Assembly: GCA_950072105.1 (NCBI GenBank)
Contig: CATMOE010000001.1
Location: 96,001 to 160,000, forward strand
Direction: 5' to 3'
Length of the DNA: 64,000 nt
From: an uncultured Dehalococcoidia bacterium
Lineage (GTDB): Bacteria; Chloroflexota; Dehalococcoidia; Lucifugimonadales; UBA3495
The notes beneath the pieces are model-generated. The model did not search any database and was not told the DNA's origin. It worked only from the letters and a program-made list of their open reading frames with translations. Within the stretch, counting starts at the first letter, position 1. Every line of letters starts with the position of its first letter. Positions 51,889 through 61,778 of the stretch are shown here, piece by piece. The position numbers were made by a program, and so were the translations under genes.

Positions 51889-52242
51889 CTATTCCGCCAG
51901 GGCAGCTTCCACCGCCTTGATATTCGCGCCCACCAGCAACTTTCCATCCATGTGGACCAAGGGGCGCCGCACCAAACGGGGTTCTTGCAGCATCAAGGAC
52001 ACCATTTCCGCGTCGGAGAGCTCCTTACCCGCCAATCCCAGTTTTTTTAGGCTGGGGCTCCGGCTGGCGAACATCGCGGATATCCCAGTGCCTTGAGCCA
52101 ACTCCAACAGTTCCGATTCCGAGAACGGTTCTTTAAAGTAGTCCCTTTCTTCCAACTGGACGCCGTTTTGTAAGAGCAACTCTCTTACCTTTCGGCACGA
52201 CGATCAACGAGGCCACCAATAAAAAGAGGCAGTTTTGCTCAT
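51889..52242 (-). CDS. ArsC/Spx family selenoprotein; Sec at TGA 52204-52206
   Basis: GGAGG then ATG 52242: MSKTASFYWWPR-TGA-SSCRKVRELL, in frame with ORF 51889..52179; EPRLVRRP motif; downstream hairpin. Confidence 0.9.
52162..52196 (-). promoter_or_regulatory. Putative bSECIS (ArsC-like)
   Basis: GCCG-AAAG-GUAAGAG-AGUUG-CUCUUAC-AAAA-CGGC; upper stem starts 15 nt after UGA. Confidence 0.72.
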
Positions 52243-52327
52243 GGTTCCTCCATCTAAGGCTAAATAGATCAAGGTCCGCCGATTATCCTACTCCGTGTGA
52301 CCGGCTCCGGGATGTTGTTCGTGATGG

Positions 52328-54967
52328 TTAAGCGGGGCCCTCCGGGTTGCGAGCTTTCTGCTGCAATTCATAAAGCCGGTTTATGGCCTCCAGCGGCGTC
52401 AAGTTGGGAATGTCCAACGCCTTGACCTCGTCGGCCAGGGCCTGTGCCGGATTGAACAAATGCATCTGCAGGTCCGGCTCCCGGCGGTGGGTCTTTCGGC
52501 TGACGGGATGTCCGTCCCTGTGGTTGCTTTCCTCAAGCTCAGCCAGCACTTCCCAAGCCCGGTTCACCACGCCGTTTGGCAGCCCGGCCAGGCGGGCCAC
52601 GTGCACTCCGTAACTCTTATCGGCGCCCCCTGGAGCGATGCGGTGCAGGAAGATCACGTCGCCATCCTCCTCAGCCACCGCAACCGTGAAGTTGCGCACC
52701 CCTGGCAGGGTGTTCGCCAACTGAGTCAACTCATGATAATGGGTAGCGAAGAGGGTTTTGCAGCCCAACCGGGGGTCGTTGTGCAGATGTTCGATAACCG
52801 ATTGGGCGATGGCCATTCCGTCATAGGTGCTGGTGCCCCGGCCTATCTCATCCAACACCACCAACGACCGTGGCGTGGCCTGGTTCAAGATCGCCGCCGT
52901 CTCCACCATCTCCACCATGAAAGTTGACTGGCCGGTGGTCAGGTCGTCTTGTAGTCCAACCCGGGTGAAAATCCGGTCCACCAAGCCTATGACCGCCTGG
53001 GTAGCGGGTACGAAGCTGCCGATCTGGGCCATCAGTATGATGATTGCCGCCTGCCGTATGAATGTCGACTTTCCGGCCATGTTGGGTCCGGTGAGGACGA
53101 TAATCTTGGCGTCGCCGTTGGACAGATAAACGTCGTTGGGCACGTAGCCGCCCGGAGGCAGAACACCCTCAACCACCGGATGGCGCCCGTCCTTGATATC
53201 TATGACATCGCCCATGTCCAGACTTGGCCGGACGTAGCCGTTGCGCACCGCTATTTCCCCCAAGCCGGCAAATACATCCAGCTGGGCTATGGCGGCAGCC
53301 AATCGGGAGATGGCGGCCCCTGATTCGCTGATCTGGCGGCATACCTGCCGGTAAAGGGTTTTCTCCAACTCATCCAGGCGCTCCCGGGCGTTCAGCACCA
53401 GAGACTCATACTCTTTTAGCTCCGGTACGATATATCGTTCGGAGTTGACCAAGGTCTGACGGCGGATGTATTCCTCGGGGACCTGGGCAACATTGGCTTT
53501 GCTGACCTCGATGTAGTAACCGAACACCTGGTTATACCCGACTTTCAGGCCCCTCAACCCGGTGCGTTCCCTTTCTTTCAGTTCCAGTCCGGCAATGTAG
53601 CCCCTGGCGTCCCGGGAGGCCTTTTTAAGTTCATCCAGCTCGGGAGAAAAGCCTTCCCGAATCACGTTCCCCTCGCCCACCGCGCCGCTCGGTTCCGGTG
53701 CTATGGCGCTTTCGATCAGGGAGCCCACTTCCGGTATCGGAGACAATTCCCGGCTCAACCAGGCCATGGAAACGTCTTCGCCACCGCCAGTCTGGGAATG
53801 TTCCGTCTCCAAACCAAGGCCGAGTTGTTCCACCAGTCCGGGCACGGCATCGAGACCATGCTTTAAGGCCAGCAGCTCCCGGGGTACTACCATCCCGGCG
53901 TTTATCCGGCCCAAGATCCGCTCCATATCGGGGACTTGGGATAGAAGGGAGGAGGTATTGGCCCGGCGAAAGCCATCTTCGAAAAAGTATCCCACCGAGT
54001 CCAAACGGCGGTTCAACTCCTCCAGTTCCAGCAACGGCTGGCCCAACCAGCGGCGCATTAACCTACCGCCCATGGGTGTCTTGCTCAAGTCCAACGTTGC
54101 CAGCAATGACAATTCTTTGTTTTCCGCCCGGCCTGCCGCGAACAGCTCCAGGTTGCGCCGGGTTTGGCTGTCCAGGATCATATAATCCGAGGCGTAGTAA
54201 ACGGCCAGGTTGGCTAGTCGCAGATTGCCGGACTTTTGGGTTTCTCCCAGGTAATCTACGATGGCCCCAGCGGCCCGCACCGCCAAAGGCAGATCTTGGC
54301 ATCCGAAGGACTCAAGAGAAACAACGCCGAAGTGGTCCAACACAGCCGATTTAGCTCCTTCGTATTCGAAGCAGGACGGGTCCAAGAGAGTTGGCTCTCC
54401 ACGAATACCAGCCAATGGTGGCAGGGGAGCCGATTGGGACGGGTCATCAGGTCGGGGCGCCAGCACCTCGGAGGCGGCTATGCGTTCCAGTTCCGGAGGT
54501 AATTGGGACCGGTCGAGTTGAGCGGCGGCGAACTCGCCGGTTGTAACGTCCACGTAGGCTAATCCGGCCGAATCGCCCTCGATAACCACCGAAGCCAGGT
54601 AGTTGTTGGTATTTTGGTCGAGAAGGGACGACTCCAACACCGTGCCTGGCGTTACCACCCGCACCACTCCGCGGTCGACCAATCCCTTGGAGGCGGCCGG
54701 ATCGGTAAGTTGCTCGCAGATCGCGACCTTGTGGCCCTTTTTTACCAACCGGGCCAGGTAGTTCTCCATGGCGTGGGCGGGTACTCCGGCCATGGGAACT
54801 CTCACGTCTTTACCCATGCTCCGGGAAGTGAGGGTTATCTCCAGGTCTCTGGCGGCGACTCGAGCGTCCTCGTCAAAGGTTTCGTAGAAGTCACCCATGC
54901 GAAATAGGACGATAGCGTCAGGGAAGGAGTGTTTAATCTTGAGGTACTGGCGGCGTATCGGCGTCAC
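52328..54967 (-). CDS. mutS: DNA mismatch repair protein MutS
   Basis: FRMGDFYE, TGPNMAGKST, STFMVEM, DEIGRGTST, ATHYHEL, SYGVHVA. Confidence 0.98.
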   Translation of the reverse strand: MTPIRRQYLKIKHSFPDAIVLFRMGDFYETFDEDARVAARDLEITLTSRSMGKDVRVPMAGVPAHAMENYLARLVKKGHKVAICEQLTDPAASKGLVDRGVVRVVTPGTVLESSLLDQNTNNYLASVVIEGDSAGLAYVDVTTGEFAAAQLDRSQLPPELERIAASEVLAPRPDDPSQSAPLPPLAGIRGEPTLLDPSCFEYEGAKSAVLDHFGVVSLESFGCQDLPLAVRAAGAIVDYLGETQKSGNLRLANLAVYYASDYMILDSQTRRNLELFAAGRAENKELSLLATLDLSKTPMGGRLMRRWLGQPLLELEELNRRLDSVGYFFEDGFRRANTSSLLSQVPDMERILGRINAGMVVPRELLALKHGLDAVPGLVEQLGLGLETEHSQTGGGEDVSMAWLSRELSPIPEVGSLIESAIAPEPSGAVGEGNVIREGFSPELDELKKASRDARGYIAGLELKERERTGLRGLKVGYNQVFGYYIEVSKANVAQVPEEYIRRQTLVNSERYIVPELKEYESLVLNARERLDELEKTLYRQVCRQISESGAAISRLAAAIAQLDVFAGLGEIAVRNGYVRPSLDMGDVIDIKDGRHPVVEGVLPPGGYVPNDVYLSNGDAKIIVLTGPNMAGKSTFIRQAAIIILMAQIGSFVPATQAVIGLVDRIFTRVGLQDDLTTGQSTFMVEMVETAAILNQATPRSLVVLDEIGRGTSTYDGMAIAQSVIEHLHNDPRLGCKTLFATHYHELTQLANTLPGVRNFTVAVAEEDGDVIFLHRIAPGGADKSYGVHVARLAGLPNGVVNRAWEVLAELEESNHRDGHPVSRKTHRREPDLQMHLFNPAQALADEVKALDIPNLTPLEAINRLYELQQKARNPEGPA

Positions 54968-55069
54968 TGTCCACCCGTGCCCAGCGGTTTACACCAGTCA
55001 TTCTACCCCACCCGGAGCCCGCTAAGATACCGTAAGTTGGCGACGATGCCGCTACGATCGCCGGAGATC

Positions 55070-55099
55070 AAAAAACCGGGGGCGTTTCGGCCCCCGGCT
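55070..55099 (-). terminator. Intrinsic terminator after the FNR gene
   Basis: Minus strand ccgggggc-cgaaac-gcccccgg followed by TTTTTT. Confidence 0.85.
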
Positions 55100-55133
55100 A
55101 TCCAAGTCTGGGAAGGTTGCTTGATGAAGCCGG

Positions 55134-55901
55134 CTATTCTTTCCAGAACCGTTCTTCTTTGAACATCCACCCCTTGGGAACAACCTTGTCCTTCACGTCG
55201 GAGATCATACCCGGGTGGCCGCAGGCGTATAACATGGTATCGTCCTGGGGCAGATTCAACCGCTCCAGGACATCCTCGGCTATTGCGTTTGCCCGGCCTT
55301 TGGCCCCATCCCACCCGGCATTCCGGTCTTCATTGGGACGGCTGACCGTGGGGACAAACTGAATGTGGTCCGGATATTTTGCCGCGAACTCCGCCAATTC
55401 TTTGTCGTAAACAAACTCGTCCTGATAGCTGGCACCCATAAGCACGTAGAACTTGTGGTCGCGGATACCCTCGTTCACGTAGCTGCGGATCATGCCGATC
55501 GAGGGTGCTACTCCGGTGACCGTGGACACCATGAAGTGATGGTGGACATTAGGGTCCATGATGAACAGACCCTTTGCCCGGGGACGGACCGACATCTGGT
55601 CGCCGATCTTCATCCGGTGCATCCGGGGCGTTAGCTCTCCTTCCGGCACCACTTCAACGAAAATCTCCAGTAAGGGCTCGTGGGGAGCGGATACGATGGA
55701 ATAAGCCCGTTCGATCCCTTCCAGACCGAGCGTACAGTATTGTCCGGCTTTGAACTTGAGGGGCCCCTGCTCCGGCTCTAGCTTGATCACAAACAAGTCT
55801 TCGGTGATATCGGTGCGCTCCACCAGAGTCGCTTTGGGCAGGTTAGGAAGCGCCCTCACTCTGGGTGATTGGGCGCTACCTCCGGTTGACTGGCTTACCA
55901 T
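55134..55901 (-). CDS. fpr: Ferredoxin/flavodoxin-NADP+ reductase (bacterial FNR family)
   Basis: FKAGQY, RAYSIVS, GELTP, TGVAP, CGHPGM, ERFW; AGGAG before ATG 55901. Confidence 0.85.
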   Translation of the reverse strand: MVSQSTGGSAQSPRVRALPNLPKATLVERTDITEDLFVIKLEPEQGPLKFKAGQYCTLGLEGIERAYSIVSAPHEPLLEIFVEVVPEGELTPRMHRMKIGDQMSVRPRAKGLFIMDPNVHHHFMVSTVTGVAPSIGMIRSYVNEGIRDHKFYVLMGASYQDEFVYDKELAEFAAKYPDHIQFVPTVSRPNEDRNAGWDGAKGRANAIAEDVLERLNLPQDDTMLYACGHPGMISDVKDKVVPKGWMFKEERFWKE

Positions 55902-56054
55902 CAAGAACTCCTTAGATCGGCTAACGACATCTGTCGTACCCACGAACTACCAAGTTTACCCCAAAGGCGATCAAGCCGATTCATGCACCCGAACGGGCGG
56001 ATAAATAAATTGGTTCAACCCCAATGGCCGAAACCAAACCTCTTTGCCGGCCTG

Positions 56055-58895
56055 TTAGCTCGAGCCGTTGCTTCCGGCTTTCACCACCTTGGCGGGCCGA
56101 ATATCCAAACCCGGAACATTAGATGCCGGGTCAGGGTCTTTACTGTCTTGCAAGTCCACCGCCAACTGGCCGAATAACGAAGTGACGGCAACGACTCCCG
56201 GTGGGACCGAATCAACCAACCGGGCCTGCCCCGTCAGGTCGCCTCTCTGGGTGAGCACCTCAACTTCATCCCCTTCGCCGATCGACCACGCGGCGGCGTC
56301 GGAGGCGTTCAACTCCACCCACTCCTGCCGCTGTATGCGGTTTCGCTTTCCTTCGATGATTTCCATGTCCCGATGGTTCTGCAGCAGAACCCGCCCTGGA
56401 ACCAATAAGAATGGATATTCGGAATCGTCGGCCGGCTCGGCAGCCCGGAATTCGGGAGTGGCCGGGTCGGCTTTCCTTTCTTGGAAACCTTCAACGTACA
56501 ATGTTTCGGTACCCGGGGCGCCGGGTTCTTGGCAGGGCCACTGGATACCTCGGTATTCCCTGCTGGAATGGAGTACTTGGGTTGGCTGGGGGCTTTCCAG
56601 ATTGGTCCTTAGAACCAAACGGCTTTCCTCTTCCAGGCGCTTGTAGGACACCCCCGCGTAGATGGGACTCAGGCGGGCGATCTCGTCCATGACTTGACTG
56701 GGCGAATGGTGGTCGAACCCCGATGCTCCCATTCGACGGGCCAATTCGCAGATCACCCAGCTTTCCGGACGGGAGTCGTTGTTCTTCACTTGAATGGAAG
56801 CCGTTAGCCGTTGAACCCGGCGTTCCAAGTTGGTGAATGTCCCCTCTTTCTCAGCGAAAGTAACTCTGGGCAAAACGACGTCGGCGATCTCGGCCACCGG
56901 ACTCAAAAAGGTGTCGTGAACCACCAAAAAGTTCAACTCCCGCAGAGCCGACAGCCCATCGCCCAACTTTCCATTGCTGAAATTGGCGCTGTCGCCAATC
57001 ACCATCATTGCCTTGATACGTCCTTCGGCAGCTCCACGGATGGCTGCGGCCAGGCCAAGCCCCGGATTGGACGGCAATGTGATTCCCCAGGCTTCCTCGA
57101 ACATTTGACGGGCATTTTCGTCGCCAACCGGCTGGTAACCGGGAAGCCGCCCAGGCACGCAGCCAACGTCCCAGGCCCCCTGCTCGTTGGCCCCTTGCCT
57201 CATGGGATAGATGCCGGACCCCGGTTTCCCTAGATTGCCGGTCACTAACACCAAGTCGATCAACGCCCGGACACAGTCCTGCCTTAAATCAACCGAGACG
57301 TTGTCCAGAGCGTAGACCACCGACGCCGATTCAGCTTGGCCGTAAAGCCGGGCGGCCTCCGCGATGTCATCCAGCGAAACTTGGGTTATCTGGACGATCT
57401 GGTCCATGTCCAGATTATGCAGCGCGTAGTGGACCGTTGACGGACTTTCACAGTTCTCTTCCAGCCACTCGGGATTTTCCAATCCTTGGTCGATCAAAGA
57501 CCGGAGTACGCCACCAAGGAGGAGCAGTTCGGTTCCGGGCGCCGGACGCAACCAGACATCAGCGTAACGGGTCAACTCCACTTCTCGAGAATCGATGACC
57601 ACCAGTTTGGTGTCGCGCTTGGCGGCCCGTTTGATCGGCACGCCAACTACGTTGTGTTCTTCGGTAACGTTGGAGTTGAACACCAAGATGCAACCAGAAT
57701 TCTCAAGGTCCCAGATAGGATTGGTGGCCGCGGCGTAGCCAAGGGCGTTCTCCAAGGCTTCGACCAACTCCGGTTGCACATTAGATGTTTGGTCCACGTT
57801 ATTGGTGTTCATCACCACTCGGGCGAATTTTTGGCCCAGATAGTGCTCTTCGTTGGTGCTCTGAGGCGAAGTAAGCAGGGCGAACGTGTCGCCCGTATAC
57901 TCGGAAAATCTGGTCGATACCAGGTCCAGGGCATCTTCCCAGGTAGCCTCTTCCAGTACTCCGTTGCGGCGGATTAACGGTTTGCGCAACCGATCGGAGC
58001 TGTTGACGTACTCCAGGCCGAATTTGCCTTTGAAACAGGCCTGGCCCCGGTTGGCCGGCGAGTTGAGGTCTGGTACGGCCCGAATGAAACGGCCTGCGGA
58101 GTTAATCTCCAGGTTGAGCTGGCAGCCAACGGGACAATGGGGACAGATGGTGCGCTCAACTCGGGCTGCTTTCTCCCACTTGTGGTCACGTTCCACCAGA
58201 GCGCCCACCGGGCAGACATCTATGCAGGCGCCGCAGAACTCACACCCCGATTCCAGCAGAGACGTCCCGAACGATGTGCCCACCAGCGCGGAGCCGCTCC
58301 TCTCTGTGAAACAGATCGCGTCGTCGCCCCGCAGTTCCTCGCAAGCCCGGACGCAACGGCCGCAGACGATGCACAGGTTGTAATCACGGTCGTAGAAGGG
58401 GTCGGCGACTTCCAAGGGAATCTGGCGGTACTTGTAATCCAGGGGTGACTCCAGGTTCATGCCCAAGTAGCGGACGGTGTCCTTGAGCTCGCACCGCTCG
58501 TTCTTGGGACAGGTGACGCACCGGTCGTTGACCGAAACGTGGCGGAGACATACGTCGTTTGGTCCGCATATTTCGACCCGGTGGCAGGTAAGACAACCGT
58601 CGGGATGCTCTGCGATGAGCATCTCCATCACCGACCGGCGCAACTCCAGAACGTCGGGGACTTCGTTGCGGATCTTCATGCCGTCCGCGACTGGTTGGAC
58701 ACAGGCGGCGGGATAACCGCGGCCTCCTTCAACGCCGACCACGCACATCCGGCAGGCGGCAAAGGGCTTCATGCCGGGATGGTAGCAAAGATACGGGATG
58801 TACACCCCGGCTTCGATAGCCGCTTCCAGGATCATCTTCCCTGGTTGGGTGATTATCTCAACCCCATCAATGGAGATGGTTATGTCATCTGCCAT
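56055..58895 (-). CDS. nuoG: NuoG / formate dehydrogenase alpha-like Fe-S protein with degenerate Mo-bisPGD site
   Basis: N-terminal 2Fe-2S motif (C..CRMC..C), HxxxCxxC, CIVCGRCVRAC/CEFCGACIDVCP, CPHCPVGC..C; NNVDQTSNVQP in place of NNVDxCARx(C/U)H. Confidence 0.8.
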   Translation of the reverse strand: MADDITISIDGVEIITQPGKMILEAAIEAGVYIPYLCYHPGMKPFAACRMCVVGVEGGRGYPAACVQPVADGMKIRNEVPDVLELRRSVMEMLIAEHPDGCLTCHRVEICGPNDVCLRHVSVNDRCVTCPKNERCELKDTVRYLGMNLESPLDYKYRQIPLEVADPFYDRDYNLCIVCGRCVRACEELRGDDAICFTERSGSALVGTSFGTSLLESGCEFCGACIDVCPVGALVERDHKWEKAARVERTICPHCPVGCQLNLEINSAGRFIRAVPDLNSPANRGQACFKGKFGLEYVNSSDRLRKPLIRRNGVLEEATWEDALDLVSTRFSEYTGDTFALLTSPQSTNEEHYLGQKFARVVMNTNNVDQTSNVQPELVEALENALGYAAATNPIWDLENSGCILVFNSNVTEEHNVVGVPIKRAAKRDTKLVVIDSREVELTRYADVWLRPAPGTELLLLGGVLRSLIDQGLENPEWLEENCESPSTVHYALHNLDMDQIVQITQVSLDDIAEAARLYGQAESASVVYALDNVSVDLRQDCVRALIDLVLVTGNLGKPGSGIYPMRQGANEQGAWDVGCVPGRLPGYQPVGDENARQMFEEAWGITLPSNPGLGLAAAIRGAAEGRIKAMMVIGDSANFSNGKLGDGLSALRELNFLVVHDTFLSPVAEIADVVLPRVTFAEKEGTFTNLERRVQRLTASIQVKNNDSRPESWVICELARRMGASGFDHHSPSQVMDEIARLSPIYAGVSYKRLEEESRLVLRTNLESPQPTQVLHSSREYRGIQWPCQEPGAPGTETLYVEGFQERKADPATPEFRAAEPADDSEYPFLLVPGRVLLQNHRDMEIIEGKRNRIQRQEWVELNASDAAAWSIGEGDEVEVLTQRGDLTGQARLVDSVPPGVVAVTSLFGQLAVDLQDSKDPDPASNVPGLDIRPAKVVKAGSNGSS

Positions 58896-58917
58896 GGATA
58901 CTACTCCGGTCCGTTTT

Positions 58918-58935
58918 CACCGCAGAGACGCGGAG
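58918..58935. repeat. Left arm of 18-bp inverted repeat flanking the GxxExxY gene
   Basis: caccgcagagacgcggag. Confidence 0.85.
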
Positions 58936-58952
58936 GATATTATGAGTTCCCA

Positions 58953-59339
58953 TTATTCATCCAATCCTAAAACGACCCTTTTTATACCTTGTTTCAATGC
59001 CGCTACGTTGAAGTTCATCAACAGCCCTACTTTCCATCCGCCAAGCCTTAAGTAGGTTAACAGTTGAGCTTGGTGAATAGGTAATAATCGGTCGACCGCT
59101 TTTATCTCGACAACAACCGTGCCAGCAACTAGCAGATCTAGCCGGTAACCGCAGTCCAGCCTTATGCGTTTGTAGTTTACAGGCAGATGACGTTGCCGAT
59201 CGAACTGAATTTTTCGCAAATCTAATTCCCTGCACAAACATTCCTCGTAAGCAGATTCAAGAAGTCCCGGCCCAAGCGCCCGGTGAACTTCTATACCAGC
59301 TCCAATCACGGTTTGTGTAACCTCGTTTACACTAACCAC
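58953..59339 (-). CDS. GxxExxY protein (PD-(D/E)XK nuclease-like, PDDEXK_3)
   Basis: [44 protein letters not shown]; visibly more AT-rich than flanks. Confidence 0.93.
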   Translation of the reverse strand: MVSVNEVTQTVIGAGIEVHRALGPGLLESAYEECLCRELDLRKIQFDRQRHLPVNYKRIRLDCGYRLDLLVAGTVVVEIKAVDRLLPIHQAQLLTYLRLGGWKVGLLMNFNVAALKQGIKRVVLGLDE

Positions 59340-59347
59340 TCTGCGAA

Positions 59348-59365
59348 CTCCGCGCCTCTGCGGTG
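59348..59365. repeat. Right arm of 18-bp inverted repeat flanking the GxxExxY gene
   Basis: ctccgcgcctctgcggtg; 17/18 match to the reverse complement of the left arm. Confidence 0.85.
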
Positions 59366-59376
59366 TATCTGTCGCG

Positions 59377-61110
59377 TCACCTGCGGCTAGACACTGGCGA
59401 GAATCGGGGGGCCGAGCACACTTCGGTGGGGCAGCGCCGGTTCAGGATGTGGGTTTCAAACTCTTCGCCGAAATAACGCAAGGCCGAGGCCACCGGGTTG
59501 AAACCGAGTTGGCCGTGCCCGCAAAGGGAACCGGCCTGCATATCTTGACCCACTTTACGCATCAGGTCCAAGTCCTCTGGAACACCCTCCAAACGGCAGA
59601 TCCGCTCCAGCACCTCTAACAAGTGGCTCATCCCCATCCGGCAGGGGAAGCATTTCCCGCAGGACTCGTACTGGCAGAAAGCGATGAGGGCCCTGGTTAA
59701 GTCGACGACACAATTGTCTTCATCGGCGGCGATGACTCCCCCTGAGCCCAGAATAGCACCGGCGGTTCTCAGAATATCAAAGTCCAGCACGATGTCTATG
59801 TTATCGGCGCCCAGCACTCCACCCAACGGCCCGCCGGTCTGCACAAATTTCAGCGCCTTTCCGTCCGGAACGCCTCCGGCCGCCTGGTACAGCACGTCCT
59901 TCAGATTGATGCCCAGAGGCACTTCAATCATACCCGTGTATTTCAGGTCGCCGGTCAGGCAGATTATTACGGTTCCAGTGCTCTTGTCATGGCCGATACC
60001 GGCAAACCACTCGCCTCCCTTGGCGATAATTTCCGGGACGTATGCCAAGGTCTTCACGTTATTGATGTTACTGGGTTTGCCGAACAGACCGACCGCCGCC
60101 GGAAAGGGCGGGCGGTATCGGGGCATCGCCCTTTTCCCTTCGATGGCCTCCATCAGGGCGCTCTCCTCTCCGGCCACATAGGAGTCGCCGGTCAAGGCCA
60201 CTTCCAGATGGAAACTGAAATCGGATCCGAGGATGTTCTCACCTAAGAAGCCCATTTCCTGGGCCTGGACGACAGCGGCTCGAGCCCGGTCTATGGGTCC
60301 GTCGTGGCCGTGACGGATAAATATATAGGCGTGGCTGGTGCCCGTAGCGTAGCCCGCCAGAATTATCCCTTCAACCAAAGTCTGTGGGTCGCTCTCCAGA
60401 ATAGCTTTGTCGTTGAAGGCCCCCGGGTCCCCCTCTTCGCAGTTGCAGAGTATGTATTTCTGCGGCGCGTTGGATCCGGCTAGGAACCCCCATTTCACAC
60501 CCGTGGGGAAAGCCGCGCCGCCTCGGCCTCGCAGACCCGAGGTTTTCACGTCCTCCAGAACCTCTTCCGGAGTCATCTCCGTCAAGGCCCGGTTCAAGGC
60601 GTGGTAACCACCGTAGGCGATGTACTGATGGATGTCCCCAGGGTCGATGGTCCCGGCGTTTCGCAGCGCCACCCGATTCTCCAGCACCCGCATGGGATGT
60701 TGGTTAAGATCCGGTATCCCGGCCAATGTGGAATCAACTTCCTCATCCGGCCCGCCGGCCGCCAGGTAGCCAAGCGCCAAGTGAGCCAGCGGGCTTCCTC
60801 CGGCAACATGATTAGACACGATCTCGGCAGCCATATCAGGGGTCACATTGCCGTAAAAAACCCTTGGTCCGCCGGGAAGCTGGACATCCACCAGCGGTTC
60901 CGCGAAGCATAGGCCCAAGCAACCCACCTGACTCAGCTGGGCGGCAACGCCGTTCTGCTCCAAAGCAGCTTCGATGCTTGCGATAACGGCGTCGCATCCG
61001 GCGGCCTTCCCGCAAAGGGCCGTACCGACCCTTATCCAAGGCTGGCCTCCGGCAGTTAACTCCTCCCAGCGCTGCTGGCTTTCGGCGGCAATCTCCTCGA
61101 AACTAGCCAT
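59377..61110 (-). CDS. nuoF: NuoF/HoxF-like FMN/NADH-binding subunit with N-terminal thioredoxin-like 2Fe-2S domain
   Basis: [49 protein letters not shown]-terminal GCLGLC. Confidence 0.9.
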   Translation of the reverse strand: MASFEEIAAESQQRWEELTAGGQPWIRVGTALCGKAAGCDAVIASIEAALEQNGVAAQLSQVGCLGLCFAEPLVDVQLPGGPRVFYGNVTPDMAAEIVSNHVAGGSPLAHLALGYLAAGGPDEEVDSTLAGIPDLNQHPMRVLENRVALRNAGTIDPGDIHQYIAYGGYHALNRALTEMTPEEVLEDVKTSGLRGRGGAAFPTGVKWGFLAGSNAPQKYILCNCEEGDPGAFNDKAILESDPQTLVEGIILAGYATGTSHAYIFIRHGHDGPIDRARAAVVQAQEMGFLGENILGSDFSFHLEVALTGDSYVAGEESALMEAIEGKRAMPRYRPPFPAAVGLFGKPSNINNVKTLAYVPEIIAKGGEWFAGIGHDKSTGTVIICLTGDLKYTGMIEVPLGINLKDVLYQAAGGVPDGKALKFVQTGGPLGGVLGADNIDIVLDFDILRTAGAILGSGGVIAADEDNCVVDLTRALIAFCQYESCGKCFPCRMGMSHLLEVLERICRLEGVPEDLDLMRKVGQDMQAGSLCGHGQLGFNPVASALRYFGEEFETHILNRRCPTEVCSAPRFSPVSSRR

Positions 61111-61576
61111 TCTGTTCCGCCAGCAATTCAGCGATCCTTGCCTTGGCTGATTCCGGAGTCGCGCGGCCGATCAAGTGATGGTCGATAGCCATTACCGGGG
61201 CTTGGGAGCAGGCGCCCAGGCAGGTGTTGTAGCGGAGTGTCAGCCGCCCGTCGGAAGTATCGCCTTCCGTTTCAAGGCCGCTGGCCTGCAACGCCGCCTC
61301 GATCAGCGGCATGGCGCCGACCAAGTGGCAAGAAGCGCCCCAACACACCTCAACCTGGTGCAAGCACGGTGGTTCGAAACGAAAGTTGGGATAGAAGGAC
61401 GCAACCGCCCAGACTTCATTGATAGTGGAACTGGTGAAAGCCGCTACCTCTTCAATCCCTTGTTTGGGGATGAAGCCAAGTTCGTCCTGGACGGCTAGAA
61501 GGGTGGAAAGAACGGTGACAGTGGGCTGGGATTGGCGGTGCATCGCGTCGGCTATGCGGGGTTTCAGCCCATCCAT
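61103..61576 (-). CDS. nuoE: NuoE-like 2Fe-2S subunit
   Basis: VASFY, VCWGASCH, CLGACSQAP. Confidence 0.9.
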   Translation of the reverse strand: MDGLKPRIADAMHRQSQPTVTVLSTLLAVQDELGFIPKQGIEEVAAFTSSTINEVWAVASFYPNFRFEPPCLHQVEVCWGASCHLVGAMPLIEAALQASGLETEGDTSDGRLTLRYNTCLGACSQAPVMAIDHHLIGRATPESAKARIAELLAEQNG

Positions 61577-61778
61577 TTACCGGGCTCCCATGAAAAAGTT
61601 GATAGAGGAGGTTGAACCAAAATCATGGACTTCGTGAATTTGGTAACAATCCGGATTTATGGTACCACAGCCCCAATTGGCGTTCAATCGAATGGCACTC
61701 AGCTTACACGAAATAAGGGGCGGGAAAAACGCCGCCCCTTTGGACGCCAAGTTGAAACCTGCGGCCAGATTTAGAAGG

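Noticed and set aside
56055..58895. Selenocysteine- or Cys-dependent formate dehydrogenase
   Set aside because: No in-frame TGA, and the Cys/Sec-His ligand motif is absent.
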